Shown here: in pieces, positions 49,821 through 61,019 of the stretch | Layout: each line of letters starts with the position of its first letter | How positions within the stretch are numbered: position 1 is the stretch's first letter | Source of the DNA: Mizuhopecten yessoensis | Lineage: Eukaryota | DNA length: 64,000 nucleotides | Direction: 5' to 3' | Assembly: GCF_002113885.1 (NCBI RefSeq) | Contig: NW_018479907.1 | Location: 1-64,000, forward strand | The notes under the pieces: generated by a model | The model's database searches: none | Seen by the model: the letters and a program-made list of their open reading frames with translations, nothing else | What the model was told of the DNA's origin: nothing | Made by a program: the position numbers and the translations under genes

Positions 49821-52800
49821 TCGAGTCAAATTAATGTAAGCGCACCTCTTTGTTTACAATATGCGGGAGATATACGATTGAAATTGACAAAAATAACCAT
49901 AAAAAAACAGTACAATAAATTATACCCAAAATGAACAGCAACTCATGTATTTTACCCCTATTTATAAATACTTGAAATAATATTAATAAGCATGCACTAT
50001 ATGCGACATTAGTTGTCTTGTATAGTTACATTACACATAGAGGTATTAGGAAGGGGATACCTGTCCGTTCAGGTTTCACAAATATCAGTAATTTATCAAT
50101 AAACCACCTGATCAGATGACAATGTGCATAGCATGATCCAGCATTATCTGTTTTGTTCCTGATTTTCATCTGTCGGGTGATGTAGTTGTACTGTGAATAG
50201 CGAACAGGTGAAAATCGTACACTTTGCACGTTAAAATCTCGTTATTGGGCTGACCAATTTATGCGGTTTTCGACCGTTTTGATATTGGATCATATATAAT
50301 TATATTATGTGTGTTTCTCTGTTTGTTCAGGGTAGACGTTAAAAAAGAAATATTACACACAGACCAACAAATAAACATAAAATAGATGTCAACGCTGTAA
50401 AATGTGTATGGTATTGTTTAGATAACAACACATGATTAAGATTTATTCTATTGGTGTGTTACATACAAGATAAATAGGTATATTTACTATTGATAAAATG
50501 GTTGCGAGGAAATAGAAAATGTGAAAATGACGCAGATACCTTTTTCTTCTGTACCTTTTATATACCAACATTTTCTACACAACCTGAACGTTATAATGGT
50601 TGCGGTATGTGCTTTGTACCCATTTCATTATATAACTGTTAACAAGTTGTATGATTTAATCTTTCGTCCTCGAGATAAATGTATTCAACATTTCTTGAAG
50701 GAAAGATGCAATGGCATGAAATATATATGTTCAATTGTTAAATACAGAAGAACATTTTAAAAATAACAGATATTGATTAAATGCCTCTTATAATGCAAAA
50801 CCAGAAAATGCCAAAAGAGAATTTGACGCATAATTTCATATATATATATTTTATTTGAGGACAAATCTTTGACAAATAAAATCGAACTAATTGATAGGCA
50901 GATTAATTGATTCCCCTGCCCTTTCTTATCAATGCATCATCGATAAGGGTTATGTCCTCTATAAGTACTATTGCCTGACATACGTTATGGGAGTGTGAGG
51001 TTTGTCAGAAACCAAAACAATTCAGATTTTCTAGTAAAGCAATGACTCATGCATTACGGTTTCTTACAAAAAGGGACAAAACTATTAGGTTGTTATTTTG
51101 ATATTAAGTTTTAGATTAAAGTATTGCAGATAGTATTCAAAACATTTATGATCAAAAATATAATGGATTTTATGGATTCAGGTTTTGAATAAAAGTAGGT
51201 TGCTTTTTGTTTTCCGTTTAGTTGCCAATATAGAGTTGCATCGATGATGTTGGTTATAATGCCTTGAGGAGTTTATGATGAAAACACGGAACTTGTTCAT
51301 TGTCATTCATATTTACGTTTATGTAACCACCACGCCTACTCTGAGTGTATGGTAGATACGCCGGAGATACTTAGTGTGGTGGCACTTGCAACGTTTCATT
51401 TTGTGTGTGCAAGCAAGGTAAAATTACAGTGGGATATTATAATATGTTTGAACCTATTCATCACAGGATTGATTAAAAATAGAAAAAACAAAACTCACAA
51501 AAAAACAGTAACACCGACACAGTTGCGTATTTGTATTTTGTTTTTGTGGTACCCTATACAACACACATATCAATCACAAGTGTCGATAACGACCTTCAAA
51601 CATACTAACATATCTAAGATGTCCCAAATAAGCAACCAACAATGTTTTCGAAACGTTCACTAGACAGTTGTTGTGCTTTTACCCACTGTTGCTCGATAAC
51701 TGACAAATACTGATAACATCACTAGATAAATGGCAAGAGACGCGTGTAACAAATATTGTACCTCGTTAACGTGTTATCGTATGTTTATGGAACATAATAG
51801 TCATGACGTATTGGTAAAATATTTTTCTCAACATTAAATTAATCTGATCTCAACACAAAAGTGAATCTTTGGCGTTATAATCATCAATTCATCAGTAATA
51901 TACAGAACAGTTTGTATAAAAAAAAAATCGATATTGCCTATACAGGTATATAGAACAGAAAGTGTATGAACTGAATCTGACAACAGCGATGCTGCATAAC
52001 ACTTGGCATCCCTATTGCAGTGTTTGTATCCGTATTAAAAGCAAATGTGTATGGTGTTTTGGTAGAGGAACCTGATTATTTGTTTCCCTAATATTAAGCC
52101 TATATTACAGAGTCAATGGGCAGTAGGTACTAAGCTATTACCATATCCTGCCTTGTCTCTACATTTTCTAGTACTTGTTATCCATATTTTCGACCTTAAT
52201 TTAAGTATCTCTGTATTTATATTGACAAAATGCAGTAAAAGGCTATCATTCCAAGGTCCTTACTAATGCTAATGTAAACTTAAGTAGGACTCTATATCTC
52301 AATAAAGTAGTATACCTCAACAGGTGTAATCGATGTATGCCCAATGTCATATTTGTCCATCAAGGTGAAATTAGCATACCCATATATAAAACATATATAT
52401 AAGCACAACTGTCTTTATGAAACATTCGCTGATATCACACATTTCCCGATACAAAGTGCTAGGTACATCGCAAAATCAAAGTTCATGACATATAATTCTT
52501 CATATTGCCATAAATTTGCCTGTCGGATAAACGAAAGAACCTGTTGATACCTATCTCTCAGTGAAATATTAGACAGGTATAATCAATGTTCGCTCATTGT
52601 CATATTTTCCCTTCACAGTGAAATCATCCATTCACGTATATAGCATATTCTGCACAATTGCTTGTATAATTATTTCACAATACGTACACCAAAAGGTCAG
52701 AAGTAACGACAACCCAGTCTGTATATAGTTACATGTATTATATTTGCCTGACTAATAAACGCAATACCATTTTAATACCGACTTGGTTTCTTCTTGTTAT

Positions 52801-53159
52801 CATTATGAACTGAGTGTGTTGTATCTATCTCACGCTACGTTAACTACCCCTTTTCTATAAGTAACACAGCTCAAATCGATTGGCATTTTTTTTACACCGT
52901 ACGTAATTACCATCAATACAATCCACCAATTTCATATTTGACCTATGGATACAACAAAAACTATGCAATTTTAATGTTTTGTAATTGTATTAAGCTAAAG
53001 GTTTTAGACAATCACATCAAAGCATTGCGGATAGTTTGAGAAACTGATTCCGTTGGTGTTACCTCGAGCTCTTTATTCTCTAATTTACTGTTTATTATAT
53101 CGTTAATATATTGCATTCCTTTCAAGTGTACAGCACAATTTGTTTTATTTCTATTTTAT

Positions 53160-55090
53160 TTAGCACAGCTGAAAGAAACGAATATAGTTGTTCTCGTCTG
53201 TAGTACTATCATTAGTTACCACAAATGTGTCGCCACAAACAGCTATTGCCCATGGAGAGTTAATTCCATCTGATGACGTCAGAAGTTCCCCAGACATCTG
53301 CACGACGTTGTGTGATCCCCCACCACATACGTAGATGTTACCTTCCCTGTCAATGTATATTCCCCTAGGATCCCTCACGACACCGACCTTCATCACATCC
53401 GTGTGACGTGTATCTGCCGACAGTCTAGACACCGCGACCTCCCCTGTGGTGGTGATCCTGACACTTACGAGTGTGTCACCCTTTATTGGATCATGTGTTT
53501 AAGACCAACAGTAGTTATTATATTTGTATAACAACTCGGATGCTCCGTTCTGTGTCACACTGTGTACTGGTCCTCGACCTGTACCAAAGACAAACTTACC
53601 GTCTGTATGTGTTATACCATAACAGTTCTTACCATTTGACATGTTAATATCAGATACCAAGGTAAGTTTTGAGTCCTCGACCTTTACGACACGTACACCA
53701 CCAGGACTGTTGATTGCGACCGTCACTGTTTTGTCGTCCACCAGACACATATCCCAGGGATTCCCCCGAACCGTGAACTCATCCGGGAACTGTCCTTTGT
53801 CTGTAAACAATTTCAGCTTTTTGTTGCTGTAATCACTCAGAACTATATGTGCACATGGCAGGTACACAACTCCAACAGCAGAGCAATCATATCGATCTGG
53901 GGGTAGCTTGATGTTGAACTTTCTGATTTCTGTTACGCGTCGTTCTGACATGGGGGTTGCTAAATTGATATAGCCCCCAGGGATACATCGTGGTGTTTTC
54001 TCGAAGACAATCTGTCCCATCGCGTTATCGCTAATAATATCATGTCCGGGAACAATTTGATGATCGATGCTGACGGATGTGAAGGACTTGCTTATCTCCG
54101 TGACAAGGGTCTTACACGACTCCACTTCCGTCTGTCCTCTCTGATACAACACTATCGTCTCAATGTTGTCGTTTTCCTCTACGGCTTAAATGGACGACTT
54201 CAGGGTATTAAGCATACCATTCATCAGACGTTCACACTGCAGTAATGATGCCTCCATTTCTCTTTTCTCTTCTTTGAACACGATAATCAACTCGTCGGTG
54301 ATGTCTTTCTGAAGCTTGTCTAGTCGTGTATCGACCTTTTTACGCAGGTCGGAGATACTCTGCAGTGCGATTTCTATTTTTTTTATCATGGTTTGGAGTT
54401 GTTCATCCAGTCATTCACAAGTGAGTTCATATTCTCTGTTCCTTTCTTCAACGCCTGCATGTCTTGTAGTTGCGATCCTGCTTTTATTTTCTGAAAGTAT
54501 TCCGTCATTTTTTTTTTCTTTCTCCGCAATTCCTTTGGTCTTCGATCATGCATTCGTTACAGCACAGACGTTGGCGATCCTCACAATACCGAACCCTTTT
54601 CTCGTCGTGTGTGTGGTCGTTTCCTATGGCTTCTGGTGACATTCATTATATCACAGTCATTATGTATGATATCATGAAGTGTTACCTTACAAGTGTTGCA
54701 AAAAATATCGTTCATTGTCTTGCACCAGAAACTGGCTAGGTTGTTTGAGTTACCTTTTGTCTGGCAGGGTTTGCAATACAATGGTTCAGACGAACTTTCC
54801 CTTAGCTGGATAAGGTCCTTTGTCACCGAAATAGTCGGAAATTGTTCTGCCCATTTGTCCTTGGTTTGGGCCTGATTGACCAAAGGGGTCATCCTCCTAC
54901 AAACTGGACAGGTGAATGATGTTGACGACGCCATCTTCCCTGAGAGTTCTTTGGTGATATAGGTACCTAGGCAATCCTGACAGAAGGAGTGGAGACAGGG
55001 TAAGGACTTGGGCTGTTGAAGACGCTCCAGGCAGATTGGACATTCCAGTAAGTGTAAGCCCAGTTCCGGAGGAAGACCACATTCAGCCAT
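53160..55090 (-). pseudogene. TRIM copy 6
   Basis: Fragmented ORFs: frameshifting deletions at about 54600 and 54410, TAA at 54186 and 53499, and an 18-nt deletion at about 53290. The acceptor (AG to TG, 55120-55121) and donor (GT to CT, 56070) are both mutated. Confidence 0.93.
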
Positions 55091-58000
55091 TGTAAGGGTA
55101 AGAAAGAGTCAACACAAACCAGAAATAGAAAATGACTGTGATTATAAATAAATACCAATAAGACAGACAGCTATAGAGAAACAGAGGCCAGTTTATAGCA
55201 CATGGAATATTATATACACGATTATCTAATAAATACAGATGCAATTTAATCAGTATGAAATTTAGTATTTTTTCCTGTTTTTTTTCTCATAGTTAATTCC
55301 GATATAAAACAATCTGTCTTTAGGCGGCACGGTGTCTAAAATGATATATGGTACGTAATGGTTATCGTACAAATGGTACCATTTGAAGGTTTTGACAAAT
55401 GATTTCAGTTTTGCCATTTAGGAAGCTTCATCACATAGTGGTGTTTTCCGTATGTCCGATATACAGCACATTTTACATTTTGTGTAGTGTGTAATTCATT
55501 TAGCGGTATTGTTTATATTTCATATTGATGATCAATAGTATTATCGTGTTTGAGTATGTATGTCTATGTATATGCATAACCTTTCAATTTCATGAAACAG
55601 TGGTAACATCATTTAATCAAAGACATACATTTGTTATCTTACACATAAGTATGTGACTAATCACCTCAGATTTAAACAAATAGTTTAAGAACTTTGTCCT
55701 GCACAAACCCTAGGTGTTCATAAGACATTGAACCCTGAATAACCGATCACTTTTGAGAACCAATACTATGCTAGTATTGAAGTCCATTTGACGTAGCAGA
55801 GGAGTTATCTCTTATCTTTTTTTGTCGCGAACAAACTGTATACATGGATGCACATGAGAGCTTTCGTTTGATACTCCTATATGCGTACGTATTAAAATGT
55901 AACGATGTTTACTAGCCATAAGCTATCAATACAAACAGTATATGTATCGGCAAAGGTGTGCCAGCCTTGCAGTACAGGTAAAACTGTATTATACACAGAT
56001 TATCATAGATTGTTTGTAAAATAAACATCACATGATAGGGTACACTATCACAGTTGTCCATTACACTCAGCCAGGGAACAACTATTTACACGGAAGACAC
56101 AAACGCCTCTCCCAACAGCAACCGGATATATGGTCACACCTCGAATCTGTCTCTCCCCTAACGCGGGTTACATGTCTAATCCGTAATTGATCTATATTTA
56201 GATCATGCCTATAAATACTATAACATGTTTCAACCGGATGTGTGCTCTGGAACATTCTATAATCTTGAGCAAAATAAAAAAAACCTAGAACACGATAAAT
56301 ATATGTGTTTAATATTCAAAAACTAGACGCTAGTGTTGTTCTGGAGCCTTCTTCAAAAAGGATGGGGGATGAACCGGCAATATACTTAATTGTATGCGAC
56401 CTGTTCGGACTTGTCCTTTTATGTTAAAACGCTATATATGTCCGCCATATTTGTGTTACCGATATCTCATTTCTCTTATTGTATGATCAATATTTGGACA
56501 TCAATTCACCACTAAGTGAAGACATTTTATAATTTAGATATATTCTGATCATAATAACACCATGCCCTATGGCCTAATATCATCGTATATCCAAACAAAA
56601 TCGTGTATGTGTATCTCAACTGTATGCACACCTACACTACAAAGCAATAAATATCTGTGTTTTCTCAACCGGTAAGACACTTTGTATACATACTTCGTTT
56701 TTAGTAACCATGGATCTTAAATTATGTCGGCGTTTTGCTTGTAAACGCTTCAGTGATATAACTATGCATTAGTGGGAAAATATCGCGATGCCCGATTGTG
56801 AGTTTAATACAATTGTTGTTCTATTTTCTGACGTTCTTATGCTAATTAGTCCAATTGTAATTACCTAAATTGTGAATATTTACATGCTAAAAATAGCACA
56901 CCCGCCGATTCACATCATGCGTAACGTAGCTTGTAGCACCCACTACACCCGCTGTTACCTGAGGAAATCTATATTTTTATCATGTCATATGATAGTGTCG
57001 ATATAATCAAGCACTACTCTAAATATAATCCAGTAAAGCGATGTCTTAAGGTAAATGACAAATTGACTTTGCAATATTTATTTCATTTTTTATAATTGTT
57101 AATAGGGTGTATATCTCAATTGTTATGGTAACTTTACCAGGATTGTTATAATTATTTTATATTTAACAAGTGTTGTATCATTAGATGAAGAAAAAGAAAG
57201 AAAACAAATCAATGATTACTCATTTTCTCTATTTGTGTATATCTGTTATTCTTCGCGATATAAAGTTTACATGCATCAATATGAGACTGTCAAGACAAAT
57301 CCAATTACCGTTTGGACGTAATTGCTAAATGTTTGTTCCTGGTGCCTGTGGCACACAATTCACTTTAATATTAGACATGTTAAACTGATAGTCTAAAGAC
57401 ATGTCGTCAGAGACTAACATTTCATGCTCAGGGTTCATTTGTATCCACTTCTAATTGATAATTGACATGCATCTATTTCATTACTAGATAATTGACAGCT
57501 AGTCATTGTAAAAAAATACGTTTATTTCCAGTTGTTTAAGTGTCTGTATATTCAATAAATCAGATTAATATTGTAATATAATTATTGAATATAAGGAAAA
57601 GGGTGACAATTTAGAATAACAGCGACATTTTGTCTAGGTTCTTTAATTTTAAATTGAAACTGATGATTCCTGGCATATCTATGAAGACATACATTGTACT
57701 ACATTGGTTGGATTATTTTCAGCGTATGTATCTTTGAGCATTGCTTGTTTTCTATCATAAGGATGAACAAAAAAATATTGTCAAATTTAACTAACACGCA
57801 AAGTGTTCACTGTATACTATTTAAACTAGTTATATATACGAAAATAATTGTCTTCGTCTTTACCTGTAAAGTTTGTGATAACCACCACATCACCCCTATC
57901 TCATATTTAAAGAAAACGAATGCAATTTAAACATTTGTTAATTCAATCTGTTTTGTTGTAAAACTATAGGTTTACTACAGTCACACTAACACATTGCTGA

Positions 58001-58154
58001 TAGGTAAAGACACTGATTCCTCCAGCGTTTACACCAGCACTTACATGTTTGAAGTAAAGTTTGTATAGATGTATGCACGGTGTTTATTCTATCGTCAAGA
58101 TATAAGCATACATTTCAAGTGTCCAGCACACATCTACTTTTCTTTGTATTTCAT

Positions 58155-60134
58155 TTAGCACAGTTGAAAGACACGGATATAGTTGCTCTCGTTTGTAGTA
58201 CTGTTATTAGTGACCACAAATGTATTACCACGAACAGCTATTGCACATGGCTTGACCATTCCATCTGATGACGTCAGCAGTTCCCTGACGTGTGTCCCGT
58301 CCATAGAGATCTGAACGACGTTGTGGGAATCAAACCCACACACGTAGATGTTACCCTCCATGTCCACGTCTATTCCCATAGCTCCCTTCACGACTCCAAC
58401 ATTTAACACATCCGTACGACGTTTGTCAGCCGACAGTCTAGATACCGTGACGTCTCCCTGTGTGATGTTATTGACACTGACAAGTGTGTCTCTTCTTTTG
58501 ATATCATGAGTGAGGGACCGGCATGTGTTGCTATATTTGTATACCAACCCGGCTGCTCCGTCCTGTCTCAAACTGTATACTTCTCCTCCACCCGTACCAA
58601 CGACCAACTTCCCGTCTATATGTGCTATACCATAACAGTTTTTATCATTTAACACCTTGATTGTAGATGTCAGGGAGAGTTTTGAGGCCTTGACCTTTAT
58701 GAGGTTAACACATCCAGGACTGCTGAGAGCAACCGCTACCGTGTTGTTGTTTACCAGACACATATCCCAGGGATTTCCCCGAACATTCAACTCGTCCAGG
58801 TACTGTCCTTTGTCTGTAAATAACTTCAACTTTTTGTTGTAGAAATCACTTACTATTATCTGTGCACTCGGTACATACACAACACCACGGACATAGCTAT
58901 TCTGTTTATCTGACAGGGACTTGATGCTAAATTTTCCGATTTCTTTCACACGTCGTTCTGACATTGAATTTACTAAATCGCTATGGCTCTCAGGGATGCA
59001 TCGTGGTTGTTTCCCGACGACGATCTTTCCCATCGCGTTACCACTAATGATATCATGTCTGGGAACAATTTGATGCTCGATGCTGACGGATGTGAATGAT
59101 TTACTCAACTCAGTGACCAGGGTCCTACACGACTCCACTTCTGCCTGTCCTCTCTGATACAACACTATCATCTCAACGTTGTCGTTTTCATCTACGGCTT
59201 TAATGGACGATTTCAGGGTATTTTTCATTCCGTTCATCAGACGTTCGCACTGCCGTGATGATGCCTCCATGTCTCTTTTCTCATCTTTGAACAAGGTAAT
59301 TAACTCGTCGGTGATGTCTTTCTGAAGCTTGTCTAGTCGTATGTCGACCTTTTGACGCAGGTCGGAGATGCTCTGCAGTGCGATTTCCTGTTTCTGTATC
59401 ATGGTTTGGAGCTGTTCATCAAAGTCCTTCACTAATGAGCTCATACTCTCTGTTCCTTTCTTCAACGCCGCCTTCATGTCTTCTAGCTGCGATCCTGCTT
59501 TTACCTTCTGACAATATTCCGTCACCTTTGGTACTTTTACACAACTCCAATGGTCTTCGATCACGCATTCGTTGCAGCACAGAATTTGGTGATCCTCACA
59601 ATACCGAACCATTTGTTCGCCGTGTTGATAACACCGAGGGGCAGACGTTTCTTTTTTTTGTCGTTTGCTGTGGTTTCCGGTGACATTAAGTATATCACAA
59701 TCATTATGTATGATATCGTGAAGGTGAACCTTACAAGTGTCACAAAAGTTCTCGTCCATCGTCTTGCACCAAAAACTGGCTGGGTTGTTCATGTTACCTT
59801 TTGTCTGGCAGGGTTTGCAGTACAATGGTTCAGACGAACGTTCCTTTAGCTGGATAAGTTCGTTTATCACAGTATTAGTCGGAAAATGTTTTGCCCATTT
59901 ATCCTTGGTTTCTGTCTGATTAACCGGATGGGTTATCCTCCTACAAACTGGACAAGAAAATGATGTTGCCGACGCCATCTGCCCGGACATCTCCTTGGTG
60001 ATACAAGTTCCTAGACAATCCTGACAGAAGGAGTGAAGGCAGGGTAAGGACTTGGGTTGTTGAAGTCGCTCTAGGCAGATTGGACATTCCAGTAAGTGTA
60101 AGTCCAGTTCCGGAGGGAGACCGCCTTCAGCCAT
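58155..60134 (-). CDS. TRIM RING-Bbox1-Bbox2-coiled-coil-NHL E3 ubiquitin ligase, copy 7 (659 aa, intact)
   Basis: Same motifs as copy 3. Predicted 5'UTR intron 60164..60995 with canonical sites. Confidence 0.95.
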   Translation of the reverse strand: MAEGGLPPELDLHLLECPICLERLQQPKSLPCLHSFCQDCLGTCITKEMSGQMASATSFSCPVCRRITHPVNQTETKDKWAKHFPTNTVINELIQLKERSSEPLYCKPCQTKGNMNNPASFWCKTMDENFCDTCKVHLHDIIHNDCDILNVTGNHSKRQKKETSAPRCYQHGEQMVRYCEDHQILCCNECVIEDHWSCVKVPKVTEYCQKVKAGSQLEDMKAALKKGTESMSSLVKDFDEQLQTMIQKQEIALQSISDLRQKVDIRLDKLQKDITDELITLFKDEKRDMEASSRQCERLMNGMKNTLKSSIKAVDENDNVEMIVLYQRGQAEVESCRTLVTELSKSFTSVSIEHQIVPRHDIISGNAMGKIVVGKQPRCIPESHSDLVNSMSERRVKEIGKFSIKSLSDKQNSYVRGVVYVPSAQIIVSDFYNKKLKLFTDKGQYLDELNVRGNPWDMCLVNNNTVAVALSSPGCVNLIKVKASKLSLTSTIKVLNDKNCYGIAHIDGKLVVGTGGGEVYSLRQDGAAGLVYKYSNTCRSLTHDIKRRDTLVSVNNITQGDVTVSRLSADKRRTDVLNVGVVKGAMGIDVDMEGNIYVCGFDSHNVVQISMDGTHVRELLTSSDGMVKPCAIAVRGNTFVVTNNSTTNESNYIRVFQLC

Positions 60135-61019
60135 TGTACGGGTCAGAATGAGTCAACACAGACCTGAAATATAAAATGGCAGTAGTTATAATTTAATACC
60201 AATAAGAAAGACAGCTACAGAAGCCGATAAGTAACACGTGGACTATTATTTACGTGATTATGTAATAAATACCGATGCAATTTAGTCATCATTAATATTG
60301 TCCAAGTAATTTAATTTAGGTTAAGTTATGTTTCCCTCTTTCATCTCATAGTTAATTCTGATTTTAAAAAACTATCTATGGAAGACATTGTGTCTAATAT
60401 GATATATGGTGCGCAAAGGCTAGCGTTTCTATAGTACAAGTGGTACCATTTGTTTTAGTTTTTGAAAGCTTCCAGTCGGTTTTTGATAAATAATTGTAAT
60501 GTTGAATACATTAGTCTGTATTATAATCACCTCAAATTTAAACAAATATGTTGAAACCTATGTCCTGAAATGACCTTAAGTGTTGATAGGACATTTTACC
60601 CTGAACAACCAACCATTGTTGAGAACTGATACTATACTAGGGTTGAAGTCCTTAAACGTAGCAGGGGAGGTAACTCTTATTTATTCATGTCGCCAAAATA
60701 CTGCATACATGGATGCACATGAGAGCTTTCGTTTGATACGCATATAATAATATGCGTACGTTCCTACATTCGTACGTTCTTACATGTAACGATATTTACT
60801 AGCTATTTGCTAACAGTACAAACAATATATGCTAAAAAATAATTAATAAGTGTCGGTATGTATATGTCTAACACAGCAAAAGTGTGTCTGCATTGTAGTA
60901 CAGGTAAAATTGTATTATACACAGATAACATAGATTGTTTGTAAAATAAACACCACAGGCTAGGGTACAATATCACATTTGTCCATTACACTCACCCAGT
61001 GAACAATTATTTACACGGA

